Numbered from the whole stretch's first letter, positions 11,259 through 22,534 are shown. The stretch is 63,180 bases of DNA, filler included, from a bacterium (GCA_046331705.1; 3 parts of 3 records of this genome joined end to end with filler, not necessarily neighbours in it); one strand, 5' to 3'. Numbers and translations are program-made. Notes: generated by a model from the letters alone, not told the origin.

Positions 11259-11719
11259 TCAGCGCGCCGTCCGCGCGCCGAGCAACGCAGGAGACGCACT
11301 TCGCCGGTCTCGATCACGATCCACCCGTGCGCATCCGCCAACGAGCCGGCGCAGCCGGTCACGTCGTCGCGCACGCGTGTCGTAGGAAGCGCTGGCGGGG
11401 CGCGGTCGAGGGTGCCCACGGTGGTAGCGATCGGGCACGCACCGAGGGACTCGCCGTTTCCACCCAGCACGACGAGAAGCCGACGCCCGGGATCGGGCCG
11501 GAGCAGATCCGCGATCGGGTGAAGATCGTTTCGGCAACCCGCTTCGCGACGCTCGACGCATTCGACCGTGTCGGCAGCGAAGTGGTCGGCCCTCACGGAG
11601 GTGGCACGCGCAGGTCGGGCGCCGCTGCGCTCGTCGGCAGAGCGTGGCTCGGCGCCGATGTCGCCGCCGGCTCGGGCAGCAGCGGCGAGCCGGGTGTCTC
11701 ACCTCCCTCGCTTTGCATG
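11255..11719. repeat. direct repeat copy 1 (~450 bp)
   Basis: Aligns by eye to 13667-14119 with ~16 substitutions and 2 indels. Confidence 0.95.
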
Positions 11720-11975
11720 GTTACTGCGCCGGACGGCACAGAAAGTGCCGATCGCCGCAAAGAACGCTCAGCCGGGACCTGAAACCATCAAGCTGTCTCA
11801 GATCGGCCATTATCGGGGCGATGTCAATCCCGTGTTCCTTCGCAAGGCGACGATCACCGTTCAGATCGAGGTCTTCGACCCTGCTGGAAGCGCGCTGGGC
11901 CCGGCGTTTTCCGTCCCGGTGAGCGGCGACAAGGGCGACATCGGCAACGTTCACATCGCGATCGTGGTCGTGTGA
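11720..11975 (+). pseudogene. 3' fragment of an unknown gene, cut at the repeat boundary
   Basis: Plausible beta-rich frame (...KATITVQIEVFDPAG...IAIVVV*) with no clear start. Confidence 0.35.
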
Positions 11976-12017
11976 TCGTCCGCGAACGGACGCGCGCGCC
12001 TGCCGGAGGACACCTCG

Positions 12018-13458
12018 ATGAAACCGACCAAGCACCGTCACATCGTGCTCTCTCTGATCCTGCTCGCATGCTCGTTCGCAAACCACGCGAACGCGACCGA
12101 GTGCAAGCAATCGGATCTGCTGAGCGAATGCCTTCGATCGTTCATGGAAGCGACGAAGGAGCGCGCCCGATCCTTCAGCCGCGACGGCGGCATTTGGCGC
12201 GGCAGCGGAAAAACAGGCGCGTAAGACCGTGAAAGAGTCCGTCACGTCGCTGCCGACGCCTGGGAACAACGCTCGCCTCAGACGCTCACCGACTTCCTCG
12301 CGCTCTTCGGTGCCGCCGCCACGACGGACGGATCAGGAGATGACAAGAAGCTGGTCGTCGATCTCAACAACATCGTCGGACTGCCGAATGCGAACTACAA
12401 ACTGCGAGCGATCTTGCGTGAGCCCACCCTCTACGTGCCGCTAAAGGAGGCGCTGACGGACGCGGGCCTCAACGACGAAGCTACCGCGCTATCCGATTCG
12501 CTCGGCGACTTCGACGACACCGAGCTTGAGCTGCAGGTCAGTCCGGAGTGGTTCAGGACGCGTCGCGAGCTGGACCGCTACCGCGACGTCCTGTCGAGTC
12601 TTGTCGGGGCCTTGACGAGCGAGGTGCCAGACAGCGACATCCAGCTCGAGCGCGAAGTGCTGGACTTCCTATCGGCACGCCACGTCACTGGACAACTGAA
12701 CACCGTCACCATCGGAGATCTGCCAGCTTCGGCGCAGTCCGAGTTCAAGACCCTCCTGAGTCGGTATGCCGCTGCGCGAATCGCGGTGGAGGGCGAGCTG
12801 AGATCGCGATTCGGGGCGCGGCGACTCGATTCCTTCGCCGATCTTCTCAACAACGAGCCGCAGCTCATCATTCGGACTTCGGGGCGATTGCGTGATCGCG
12901 TCGCAGGTCCCAACGAGTTCGTGGTCGAGGCGAAGTACGAGCTCGGCTTCGCCCATCTGAGCGAGCTCCTCGAGGATTGCTCGAGCGGCTCGGCAGAGTT
13001 CGATTGGCGTAGCTCCAAGGCTCTCGATTGCTACCAGAAATATGTCTCCGACGCGGGAGATCGTTGGATCGAAGAGTCGCGTGTCGATCGCGGCCAAGTA
13101 CCGGTTCGTCGATTCCTATCAATTCCGGCGACCGTACTTGAGCGAGCGGGCTCACCGAGAAGGAAGCGCACCTCCTCAACGTCGAGGTGGCGCTTGGGCG
13201 CTACTTTGATATCGGGGTGGGTGCTCACAACGCGACGCGGCTCGAAGGAGCGCTGGGATACGATGAGCACTTTGGAGCACCCAAGCGTCAGGATCGCATC
13301 GTCGGCTCCCTGACGTTCACCCAGCGCGTCTACGAGGGTGCAGCGCTTGCCGTGGGGTTGAGCTACGCGAACAAGCCAGGTTCAAGTCCGACGTGGATCA
13401 GGAGCTCACGGCGACGCTCGGACTGACCTATCGGTTTGTGAACGAGTCGGACGATTGA
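12018..13458 (+). pseudogene. frameshifted secreted / outer-membrane-like hypothetical protein
   Basis: GGAGG RBS and signal peptide at 12018; coding sense continues across several frames (QTLTDFLALF...LREPTLY...; EVALGRYF...; LTATLGLTYRF). Confidence 0.55.
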
Positions 13459-13666
13459 GACCGAAGTCTCGGCGCGAGCACCGAGCAGGCGGCGGAAGAG
13501 CCATCCGGCTGCGCCGGCAACGCGGCCCCGCCCCACCAATGGCCGCCCTGCGCTCGTTGGGTCCAGCGGACCACGAGCGCGGCTGCTCGATCTCGATCAA
13601 TCGGCTCTCTGAACCTGAATCCATGCGGAACGGCGGCTTGGTAGAAGGTCAGCGTGTGGGGATTCT

Positions 13667-14119
13667 CTGATCAGCGCGCCGAGCAACGCAGGAGACGCAC
13701 TTCGCCGGTCTCGATCACGATCCACCCGTGCGCATCCGCCAACGAGCCGACGCAGCTGGTCACGTCGTCGCGCACGCGTGTCGTAGGACGCGCTGGCGCG
13801 GCGAGGTCGAGGTGCCCACGGTGGTAGCGGTCGGGCACGCACCGAGGGACTCGCGGTTTCCACCCAGCACGACGAGAAGCCGACGCCCGGGATCGGGCCG
13901 GAGCAGATCCGCGATCGGATGAAGATCGCTTCGGCAACCCGCTTCGCGACGCTCGACGCATTCGACCGCGTCGGCAGCGAAGTGGTCGGCCCTCACGGAG
14001 GTGCCACGCGCAAGTCGGGCGCCGCTGCGCTCGTCGCCAGAGCGTGGCTCGGCGCCGAGTTCGCCGCCGGCTCGGGCAGCTGCGGCGAGCCGGGTGTCTC
14101 ACCTCCCTCGCTTTGCATG
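13667..14119. repeat. direct repeat copy 2 (~450 bp)
   Basis: Same orientation as copy 1, offset about 2400 bp. Confidence 0.95.
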
Positions 14120-14196
14120 CGGCCGGGCGGCGGCGAATAGAATCCTGCCGCGTCCGGGGTCGTAGCAACGCGACCAGCGGTGCGAGGGATTCGACG

Positions 14197-15858
14197 GTGG
14201 CGGGATTCGAGGCACTCCAGGAGCTGATTCCGATCCTGGCGGCGAGCCTCGACGTGCGCACGCTCTTCCCGCACATCTCCACCACCGCCAAGCAGGTGCT
14301 GGCGCACGATCTGATGGCGCTGGCGATCATGCGCAGCGACGGTCGCGGTGGGCAGCTCTACGCGCTCTCGGGACCGCGCACGGTGCGCGAGCGGTACGGG
14401 CCGGAGTTCACGCCGGAGCTGATGCAGCTCCTGGCCCAGGATTACGTGGTCGCCCACCACCTCACGTACGCACAGGGCGATCCCAAGCTCACCGGCACGG
14501 TGCGAACGCCACTCAACGTCGAGCCGCTGACCGTGGGCTTCGACCTCGAGCCCGAGTGGATCGAGCTTCTCGGCGATGCCGGCCATCGCTCGCTCTTGCA
14601 GGTGCCGCTACGCCTCGCCGGCTCGATCGTCGGTCACGTCACGTTCTTCTCGCGCGATCCCACGGCGTACGAGCCCGCCGATTCCGTGGCCGCCTCGCGG
14701 ATCGCGGATTTCGTGGCCCTTGCCGTCGGCCACGAGCGCCTCGCCGAGGCGGAGCGCGAGGCAGCGGTGGCGCGCGAGCGCAACGCGCTCTTGGAGGCGC
14801 GCGTCGATCAGCTCTCGCGCGAGCTCGCGGCGCGCGGCGGTGCGCGGGTGCCGGTGGGTTCCTCGGCGCCGTGGCGCACGGTGCTGGCCCAAGCGGCGCA
14901 GGTCGCCGCCACGGAGACCACGGTGTTGCTCACTGGTGAGTCCGGCACCGGCAAGGAGGTGCTCGCGCGCTTCATCCACGGCGCGTCGCCGCGCGCTTCC
15001 GGTCCCTTCGTGGCCCTCAATTGCGCCGCGTTGCCCGAGCACCTCCTCGAATCGGAGGTGTTCGGCCACGAGAAAGGTGCCTTCACGGGTGCCGCCGTCG
15101 CGCATCCCGGCCGCATCGAGCAAGCGAACGGTGGCACGCTCTTCCTCGACGAGGTCGGCGAGATGAGCCTCGCGGTGCAGGCCAAGTTTCTGCGCGCTCT
15201 CGAGGAACGCGAGTTCCAGCGCCTCGGCAGCGCGCGCACCATCCGCGCCGACGTGCGCGTGATCGCGGCCACCAATCGCGATCTACCGCGCGCGGTGCTC
15301 GAAGGGCGCTTCCGCGAGGACCTCTACTACCGCCTGCACGTCTTCGGCATTCACATCCCGCCGTTGCGCGAGCGACGCGACGACATCCTGAAGCTCGTCG
15401 ATCATTTCCTCACCGAGATCGGGGCCAGCATGGGCCGACCATCGTCGGGGCTCTCGGTGGACGCACGCGCGCAGGTTCTCAAGTACCCGTGGCCGGGGAA
15501 CGTGCGCGAGCTGCGCAATGCCATCGAGCGCGCGGTCATCTTGTGCGGCGGCGGCCTGGTTCTTCCCGAGCACCTGCCCATGGCCGCCGCGCCGCCGGTG
15601 GAGCCGCCGCGCACGCCGCGCACCGTGGGCGCGGCAGGCGCCTCGACCGAAGCGGAGCATCGCGCTCTGCCCGCGCCGTCCCACGAGACCGCCGCGGGCG
15701 CACCGATTCAGGGACAAGAAGAGCTGGACCGGCTGGAACGCGAGATGATCCTGCGCGCGCTGCGCGAGACGGGCCAGAACAAGTCGAAAGCCGCGCGGCT
15801 GCTGGGCCTCACCCGCGCGCAGCTCTACTCCCGCATCGAGAAGCACCGGCTCGCGTGA
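14197..15858 (+). CDS. sigma54-dependent enhancer-binding activator (GAF, AAA+, Fis HTH)
   Basis: [32 protein letters not shown] and [10 protein letters not shown] motifs; start uncertain. Confidence 0.95.
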   Translation: MAGFEALQELIPILAASLDVRTLFPHISTTAKQVLAHDLMALAIMRSDGRGGQLYALSGPRTVRERYGPEFTPELMQLLAQDYVVAHHLTYAQGDPKLTGTVRTPLNVEPLTVGFDLEPEWIELLGDAGHRSLLQVPLRLAGSIVGHVTFFSRDPTAYEPADSVAASRIADFVALAVGHERLAEAEREAAVARERNALLEARVDQLSRELAARGGARVPVGSSAPWRTVLAQAAQVAATETTVLLTGESGTGKEVLARFIHGASPRASGPFVALNCAALPEHLLESEVFGHEKGAFTGAAVAHPGRIEQANGGTLFLDEVGEMSLAVQAKFLRALEEREFQRLGSARTIRADVRVIAATNRDLPRAVLEGRFREDLYYRLHVFGIHIPPLRERRDDILKLVDHFLTEIGASMGRPSSGLSVDARAQVLKYPWPGNVRELRNAIERAVILCGGGLVLPEHLPMAAAPPVEPPRTPRTVGAAGASTEAEHRALPAPSHETAAGAPIQGQEELDRLEREMILRALRETGQNKSKAARLLGLTRAQLYSRIEKHRLA

Positions 15859-15945
15859 GCTGACGGCTCGTCCGCGCTCGCACGGCGGCGCGTGCTCCGC
15901 GCCGCCCTCGCTCCACGCAGCATCGCTGCGGGTCCATCGACACAT

Positions 15946-15963
15946 CTGCGGATCGATCCGCAG
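15946..15963. promoter_or_regulatory. candidate upstream activator site (18-bp palindrome)
   Basis: CTGCGGATCGATCCGCAG, about 80 bp upstream of the sigma54-like promoter. Confidence 0.35.
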
Positions 15964-16043
15964 GCGCACGCCCGTGCGTCGTGAGCGGCTCGCGCCGCGC
16001 CCGGATTCCCGAGCGATTCCAAGGACATCGACGGCAGCGTCGA

Positions 16044-16060
16044 TTGGCACGCCGCGTGGA
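16044..16060 (+). promoter_or_regulatory. candidate sigma54 (-24/-12) promoter
   Basis: TTGGCACG-CCGC-GTGGA: perfect -24 element, imperfect -12 element; directly downstream of the activator gene. Confidence 0.5.
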
Positions 16061-16085
16061 ATACGGCGCCTCGGAGGACACGCAC

Positions 16086-16352
16086 ATGAGCCAACGACAC
16101 GTCGAGAAGCTGCTCGGACGACTCGTCCTGGACGAAGAGCTGCGCCAGCGCTTCTTCGTCGATCGGCACGCCGCGCTCGCCGATCTCGCGCGGGAAGGCG
16201 TCGAGCTGACCCCGGTCGAGCTGGATGCCGTCGCCGCGATCGAGCCGCGGGACCTGGATCGCTTCGCGGCCGGCATCGATCGGCGAATCCACAAGGCCTC
16301 ACTCGCCAATCCGGCGCCGCTCGCGACGCGACGCCTTCGGGAGAACTCGTGA
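16086..16352 (+). CDS. NHLP-clan leader-like small protein (Os1348-like)
   Basis: MSQRHVEKLLGRLVLDEELRQRFF...GVELTPVEL; GGAGG RBS. Confidence 0.75.
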   Translation: MSQRHVEKLLGRLVLDEELRQRFFVDRHAALADLAREGVELTPVELDAVAAIEPRDLDRFAAGIDRRIHKASLANPAPLATRRLRENS

Positions 16353-17698
16353 TGAAGCGAGCATCGATCTGGCGCAGCGCGAGGATCGCCTGCGCGCTGC
16401 TCACGGCCACCTCGGCGTGGGCGCGAGACGGCGCGGCGCCAACGCTCACCCTCGACGAGGCGGTGACGATCGCGCTGGCGCACAACCGCGGCATCGCCAC
16501 CGCTTCGCTCGCGGTCGCGTCCGCCGCCGAGTCCGTCGACGCGGCGCGCGCCCGCCGCTACCCCACCCTCAGCGTCGACGCCACCGCCACCCACAACTTC
16601 ACCGACGAGAGCTACACGATCCACCGCGGCGACCTCGGCTCGTTCGACGCCACGGGCCCGATTCCCGCCACCGACGTGCGGCTGCACACGGCGAGCGACG
16701 TGTCGGCGCTCGTCGAGGTGCAGGCGGCACTGCCGCTCACGCAGCAGTACCGGATCGGCCTCGGCATCGCGAGCGGCGAGCTGGGCGTGGCGTCGGCGGA
16801 GCAATCGCTGCGGGCGCGGCGCCAGCAGGTCGCGAGCGACGTGAAGGAGGCCTACCACCGCATCGTCGCCGGCCAGAGCGCCCTCGCCGCCGCCCAAGAG
16901 TCGGTCACGTACCTGCGTGGCCTGGTGGAGCTGGCGGAGCGCTACGAACGCGAGCGCACCGTGCTCGCCTACGAGGTCCTCGACGCGCGGGCGGAGCTCG
17001 CGGACGCCGAGCGCCAGGCGCTCTCCCTGCGCCACGCGCTCGCGAACCAGCGCGAGGCGCTCAATCAGCTCCTCGGCCGCGATCTCGACGTCGCCTTCGA
17101 GGTCGTTGCCGCCGAGGCCGCCGTCACCTCGTCGCCCGAGCCGAGCGAAGCGTCGACACGCGCGCTCGCGCGCCGGCCGGAGCTGCGCGCCGCGGAGATC
17201 GGCGTCGAGCGCGCCGACGTCGACGTGAAGGCGAAGCGCGCCGAGTACATCCCGGACCTGAGCTGGGTCGTGTCCTACTCGCGGCCGGTGGGCATCGACT
17301 TCCTGCCCGACGAGACGGCCTACGCCGGCCTGCACCTCGAATGGGACGTGTGGGATTGGGGCCGCAAGCAGCACGAGATCGCCGAGCGGAACCACGCGCT
17401 GGCCCAGGCCCGCGAGCAGGCCGACGACACCCGCGCCAGCGTGTTGCGCGAGCTCAACGCGGCGCTGCGCACCCACGCGGAGTCGCGCGCGGAAGTGGCC
17501 GCCGCGGCGCTCGCCCTGGAAGCGGCGCGCGAGAAGCGCCGCGCGATCCTCGATCAATTCCATCACGAAGCACGGCTCCTGACCGACGCGCTCGAGGCCG
17601 AGGCGGCGGTCGCACGCGCCGTGGGCGATCACGCCCAGGCGCTCACCGATCTCTGGACTGCCGATGCGCGGCTCGCCCGCGCGATGGGAGAGGACTGA
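16352..17698 (+). CDS. TolC-family outer membrane efflux protein
   Basis: LTLDEAVTIALAHN and duplicated OEP pattern; start overlaps the upstream stop. Confidence 0.9.
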   Translation: MKRASIWRSARIACALLTATSAWARDGAAPTLTLDEAVTIALAHNRGIATASLAVASAAESVDAARARRYPTLSVDATATHNFTDESYTIHRGDLGSFDATGPIPATDVRLHTASDVSALVEVQAALPLTQQYRIGLGIASGELGVASAEQSLRARRQQVASDVKEAYHRIVAGQSALAAAQESVTYLRGLVELAERYERERTVLAYEVLDARAELADAERQALSLRHALANQREALNQLLGRDLDVAFEVVAAEAAVTSSPEPSEASTRALARRPELRAAEIGVERADVDVKAKRAEYIPDLSWVVSYSRPVGIDFLPDETAYAGLHLEWDVWDWGRKQHEIAERNHALAQAREQADDTRASVLRELNAALRTHAESRAEVAAAALALEAAREKRRAILDQFHHEARLLTDALEAEAAVARAVGDHAQALTDLWTADARLARAMGED

Positions 17699-18844
17699 AT
17701 GATTCGCCACGGACGACCCCACGTGAGCGCATTCCCGCTGCTCGCCATCCTGTTCACGCTCGCGGCCTGCAACCGACACCAAGCGGCGGCGACGGAACCC
17801 GCGCCCACTCCGGTGCGAATCGAGACGCTCGCTCCGGGCGCCGCGGCCGCCGGCGTGCGGTACTCGGCGACCATCGAGCCGCTCGACCAGGTGTCGCTCG
17901 CCTTCAACGTCGGCGGCTACGTCACCGAGCTGGCGCGGGTCGCGGACGCCGGCGGCGGCGAGCGCACCATCCGCATCGGCGATGCCGTCGAGCGGGGCCA
18001 GGTGCTGGCGCGGCTGCGCGACAGCGAGTACCAGGACCGCTTGCGCCAGGCGACCGCCGAGGTCGATCGCGCGCAGTCGAGCCTGGTCAAGGCCGAGAAG
18101 GACTGGGCGCGCGCCAACGAGCTCTACGCGAGCAAGAGCCTCACCAAACCCGACCACGACGCTGCCGAAGCGGCGTTGATGGCGGCGCGCGCGGGCGCGG
18201 CGAGCGTCGTCGCGCGCCGCGAGGAGGTGGCGCGCTCGCTTCGCGACACGACGCTGGTGACGCCGATCGCGGGCGTGATCGTGGCGCGCAAGATCGACGT
18301 GGGCACGCTCGCGAGCCCGGGATCGGTGGCGTTCGGGATCGCCAATCTCAGCCACGTGAAGGCGGTCTTCGGCGTTCCCGACTCGATGCTTCCCGCATTG
18401 CGCGTCGGCGCCACGCTGACGGTGACGTCCGAGGCGCTCGGCGGCCGCTCCTTCGCGGGTGTCGTCACGGCCATCGCGCCTTCCGCCGACCAGGCGAGCC
18501 GGGTCTTCGACGTCGAGGTCGATCTCGCGAACCCGGATCTCGCGCTCAAGGCCGGGATGATGGCGTCGCTCGCCGTGCCGAGCGGCGCACCCGGCTCGAG
18601 CGCGCCCGGCGTGCTGGTGCCGCTCGCCGCGATGGTGCGCTCGAAGACGCGGCCCGAGGGCTACGCCGTCTACGTCGTGAACGACCACGGCGGGGCGCTC
18701 AGCGTGCGCCTCACCGACGTCGAGGTCGGCCGCCTCGTCGGCAACGCCATCACCGCGGTCTCCGGCGTCGCCGCCGGGGATCGCGTGGTGGTGAGCGGCA
18801 CGACGCTCGTCGTCGACGGAGCCGCCATCGAGATCGTGAGCTGA
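17699..18844 (+). CDS. RND efflux periplasmic adaptor (MFP)
   Basis: Lipobox LAAC; GDAVERGQVLARL, TPIAGVI and LKAGM motifs. Confidence 0.92.
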   Translation: MIRHGRPHVSAFPLLAILFTLAACNRHQAAATEPAPTPVRIETLAPGAAAAGVRYSATIEPLDQVSLAFNVGGYVTELARVADAGGGERTIRIGDAVERGQVLARLRDSEYQDRLRQATAEVDRAQSSLVKAEKDWARANELYASKSLTKPDHDAAEAALMAARAGAASVVARREEVARSLRDTTLVTPIAGVIVARKIDVGTLASPGSVAFGIANLSHVKAVFGVPDSMLPALRVGATLTVTSEALGGRSFAGVVTAIAPSADQASRVFDVEVDLANPDLALKAGMMASLAVPSGAPGSSAPGVLVPLAAMVRSKTRPEGYAVYVVNDHGGALSVRLTDVEVGRLVGNAITAVSGVAAGDRVVVSGTTLVVDGAAIEIVS

Positions 18845-18890
18845 ACCGAACCCCGTCCGATCCTCGTCACGCACTCACGGAGAACGCGTC

Positions 18891-21800
18891 ATGACCCACC
18901 GCGAAGACCAGTCGATCGTCGCGACCACCCACAACACGGCTCGGTTCTTCACCGAGAACCGGCACGTCGCCTGGACCGTTCTGGTCGCAGTCGTGGTGTG
19001 GGGCATCTACGGCTACTTGCAGATGTCCAAGCGCAAGGACCCCGACATCCCGGTGCGGGTGGCCATGGCGGTGACGCCGTGGCCGGGGGTGCGCGCCGAG
19101 ACCGTCGAGCAGCTCGTCACCCGGCGCGTCGAGCGCGCGATCGCCGAGAATCCGTGGCTCCGCAAGCCGGGCGACTACGACTTCGCGTTGCGTTCGCTCT
19201 CGCTCGACGGACTCTCGATCGTGTGGGTGCAGCTCGACGAGCGCGCCAAGCTCACCAAGCAGGAGTTCGACAACATCCACCTGGCGCTCGACCAGATCTC
19301 CGATCTGCCGCGCGGCGCCGGTCCGGTGCAGTGGAACGGCGACTTCGGCGACACCGCGGCGCTCATGCTGACGGTGGCGAGCCCGCGCGAGAGCGACGTC
19401 TCGATCGAGCTGCGCGCGCGCGCCATCGCCGACGCCGTGCGCGACGCCCGCGCGGGCATCGCCGCGGCGCCGGGCGCGCGCGCGGCCGTGGTGGTGGCGT
19501 ATCCGTTCTCGCTGGGTACACGGGGTCCCGAGCGCATTCGCGACCGGTTCGCGAGCGCGCTCGCCGAGGCGGGCCTCGCGACGGCGCCGCGGCCGATCGA
19601 CGGCTCCGGCTTCGTCGGGCTCGATTTCACCACCGCGGCGGACGACGACGCCTTGCTCGCCGCGACCGCGCGCTTTCGCGAAGCGAGCCTGGGTTCCGAA
19701 GGCGATCACCCCGACGTGTGGGACGCGCTGGTGGTGCGCGACCCCGCCCAGATCCGCGAGCGGCTCGCGCGCGTCGCCGGACCGCGCTACAGCCACCACG
19801 AGCTCGAGCAGTTCACCGGTCTCATCCAGCGCTCGCTGCGCGCCGTGCCGCAGGTCTCGAAGGTCGACCGCACGGGTGTGCTCGAGCGCCGCGTGATCCT
19901 CCAATACGCGCAGGAGCGCCTCGCGGCGTACGGCGTGCGCCCCTCGGCGCTGGGCGACCTGCTCGAATCCCGCAGCGCGACGCTTTCGGGCGCAGCACTC
20001 GAGGTGGGCGGCAAGCGGCTGCTGGTCGAGCCGGCGAACGAGCTCGAGAGCGCCGACGCGATCGGCGACGTGCTGGTGCCGACCAACTCCACGCGCTCCT
20101 TGCACCTGCGCGATCTCGTCGACGTGATCCCGGCGTACGAGAGCCCGGCGCGGCTGCTCAACTTCTACACGGCCCGCGCCGCGGACGGATCGTGGTACCG
20201 CGGGCGCGCCGTGACGCTCGCCGTGCAGATGCGCGCGGGCGAGCAGATCCACGCGTTCGGCGAAGCGGTGGACCGCACCCTCGACGGCGTGCGCCGCTAC
20301 CTGCCCGACGACCTGGTGCTGGCGCGCACGTCGGATCAGCCGCTGCAGGTGGAGGAGAACGTCGATCTCTTCATGGACGCGCTCATCGAGGCGATCGTGC
20401 TGGTGGTCGCGGTCGCGTGGGTCGGCTTTCGCGAGTGGCGTTCGGCGCTGCTCATGGCGCTCTCGATCCCGCTCACGCTCGCCATGACGTTCGGCATGAT
20501 GCAGCTGCTCGGCATCGACGTTCAGCAGGTGTCGATCGCGGCGCTCATCATCGCCCTCGGCCTGCTGGTGGACGACCCGGTGGTGGCGGGGGATGCCATC
20601 AAGCGCGACCTGGCGCTCGGCCACCCGCCGGTGGTGGCCGCCTGGCTCGGGCCCACCAAGCTGGCGCGCGCGATCCTCTTCGCCACCGTCACCAACATCG
20701 CGGCCTATCTGCCGTTCCTGCTCTTGAGCGGTGACACCGGCAAGTTCCTCTACAGCCTGCCGATCGTCATGACCTGCTCGCTGATCGCCTCGCGCTTGGT
20801 GTCGATGACGTTCATCCCGCTGCTCGGCTACTACCTGCTGCGCCCGTCGTCGCGTCCCGAGCCGAGCCTGGCCGAGCGCCGCGCACGCGGCTTCACGGGC
20901 GCTTACTACCGCGTCGGAACCTGGGCGATCGAGCACCGCAAGCTCTCGATGGCGATCGCCGCCGTGTTCCTGGTGCTGGGCGGCGGCCTGGCCGCGCGCC
21001 TCAAGACGCAGTTCTTCCCCGATGACCTCCAGTACCTGAGCTACGTCGACGTGTGGCTTCCCAACGATGCGCCGCTCACGGCGACGCGCGAGGCCGCCAC
21101 GCGCGCCGACGAGATCATCCGCGCCGAGTCGGAGCGCATGGGTGCCGAGCATCCCGCGAAGGACGGCGGGCCCACGCGGGTGCTGCGCTCCATCACCAGC
21201 TTCGTGGGCGGCGGCGGCCCGCGCTTCTGGATGTCGGTCTCGCCCGAGCCTTTGCAGACGAACTACGCGCAGCTGGTGCTCGAGGCCACCGACAAGCACC
21301 TCACCCACGAGCTGGTGGGCCGACTGCAGGTGGCGCTCTCGCGGGCGATCCCGGGCGCGCGCATCGACGTGAAGCAGCTGCAGACCAATCCCGTCGAGTT
21401 CCCCGTCGAGGTGCGGCTCTCGGCGCGCACCGAGCTGGGGCCGCAGGACGAGGCGAGGCAGCTGCGCGTGCTACGAGGTCTCGCGGATCGCGTGAAGGAC
21501 GCGCTGCGCGCGGTGCCCACCGCGGCGCGGGTGCGCGACGACTGGGGCGAGGAGACCCTGGTCTTGGGCCTCGAGATGGACGAGGACCGCGCCGCGACCT
21601 CCGGCATCACCAATCCGGACCTCGCCGACTCGTCACGCGCGGCGATCTCGGGCGTTCGCCTCACGACGCTGCGCGACGGCGATCAGCTGGTGCCGGTGCT
21701 GGCGCGCCAGCGGCTCGACGAGCGCTCGCAGCTCTCCGATCTCGAGAGCCTCTACGTCTACGGGTCGTCCAACACCCAGCGCGTGCCGCTCGGCGCGTTG

Positions 21801-22532
21801 GCGACGGTCGAGCCGCGCATGGAGACGCCGCGGATTCGCCGCCGCGACCAGTTCCGCACCATCTCCGTCCAGGCGTATCCCGCGCAGGGCGTGCTGGCGT
21901 CGGAGGTGATGGCGGCGGCGACACCCAGCCTCGAGGAGATCGCGCGCACGCTGCCGCCCGGCTTCGAGCTCACCATCGGCGGCGAGCGCGCCAAGCAGCG
22001 CAGCGGCTTTCGCGAGCTGGCCGTGGTGCTCGCGATCTCGGCGGCGCTCATCTTCCTGTCGCTGGTCACCCAGTTCTCGAATGCGGTGAAGCCGTTCCTG
22101 GTTTTCGCGGCGGTGCCCTTCGGCGCGATGGGGGCGCTCGCGCTCTTGTGGGCCTTCGGCACGCCCTTCGGCTTCATGGCGTTCCTGGGCGTCGTGAGCT
22201 TGGTGGGCGTGATCGTGAGCCACGTGATCGTGCTCTTCGACTTCATCGAGGAGATGCACGAGCGCGGCGAGCCGCTCATCGAGTCGCTTCTCGACGCTGG
22301 CATCGCGCGCTTGCGCCCGGTGGCGATCACCGTGGGCGCCACCGTCCTCGCGCTGGTCCCCCTGGCGCTGCACGGCGGCCCGCTCTGGGAGCCGCTCTGC
22401 TACGCGCAGATCGGTGGGCTGTTGGTGGCCACCGTCGTCGAGCTGGTCTTGGTCCCCGTTCTCTACGCGGTCTTCGTCCTCGATCTCGGAATCGTGCGCT
22501 GGAGCGAAGCTTCGCGCACCCAGGAGAGCTGA
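18891..22532 (+). CDS. RND efflux permease (AcrB/AcrD/AcrF family), 1213 aa
   Basis: GLLVDDPVV, ARLRPVAIT and multi-TM pattern; longer than usual. Confidence 0.93.
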   Translation: MTHREDQSIVATTHNTARFFTENRHVAWTVLVAVVVWGIYGYLQMSKRKDPDIPVRVAMAVTPWPGVRAETVEQLVTRRVERAIAENPWLRKPGDYDFALRSLSLDGLSIVWVQLDERAKLTKQEFDNIHLALDQISDLPRGAGPVQWNGDFGDTAALMLTVASPRESDVSIELRARAIADAVRDARAGIAAAPGARAAVVVAYPFSLGTRGPERIRDRFASALAEAGLATAPRPIDGSGFVGLDFTTAADDDALLAATARFREASLGSEGDHPDVWDALVVRDPAQIRERLARVAGPRYSHHELEQFTGLIQRSLRAVPQVSKVDRTGVLERRVILQYAQERLAAYGVRPSALGDLLESRSATLSGAALEVGGKRLLVEPANELESADAIGDVLVPTNSTRSLHLRDLVDVIPAYESPARLLNFYTARAADGSWYRGRAVTLAVQMRAGEQIHAFGEAVDRTLDGVRRYLPDDLVLARTSDQPLQVEENVDLFMDALIEAIVLVVAVAWVGFREWRSALLMALSIPLTLAMTFGMMQLLGIDVQQVSIAALIIALGLLVDDPVVAGDAIKRDLALGHPPVVAAWLGPTKLARAILFATVTNIAAYLPFLLLSGDTGKFLYSLPIVMTCSLIASRLVSMTFIPLLGYYLLRPSSRPEPSLAERRARGFTGAYYRVGTWAIEHRKLSMAIAAVFLVLGGGLAARLKTQFFPDDLQYLSYVDVWLPNDAPLTATREAATRADEIIRAESERMGAEHPAKDGGPTRVLRSITSFVGGGGPRFWMSVSPEPLQTNYAQLVLEATDKHLTHELVGRLQVALSRAIPGARIDVKQLQTNPVEFPVEVRLSARTELGPQDEARQLRVLRGLADRVKDALRAVPTAARVRDDWGEETLVLGLEMDEDRAATSGITNPDLADSSRAAISGVRLTTLRDGDQLVPVLARQRLDERSQLSDLESLYVYGSSNTQRVPLGALATVEPRMETPRIRRRDQFRTISVQAYPAQGVLASEVMAAATPSLEEIARTLPPGFELTIGGERAKQRSGFRELAVVLAISAALIFLSLVTQFSNAVKPFLVFAAVPFGAMGALALLWAFGTPFGFMAFLGVVSLVGVIVSHVIVLFDFIEEMHERGEPLIESLLDAGIARLRPVAITVGATVLALVPLALHGGPLWEPLCYAQIGGLLVATVVELVLVPVLYAVFVLDLGIVRWSEASRTQES

Positions 22533-22534
22533 AC

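Noticed and set aside
15809-18874. Long antisense or alternate-frame ORFs (e.g. 15809-18874, 22414-25347, 60017-62956)
   Set aside because: Shadow ORFs of high-GC genes; Arg/Ala-rich and overlapping clearly identified CDSs.
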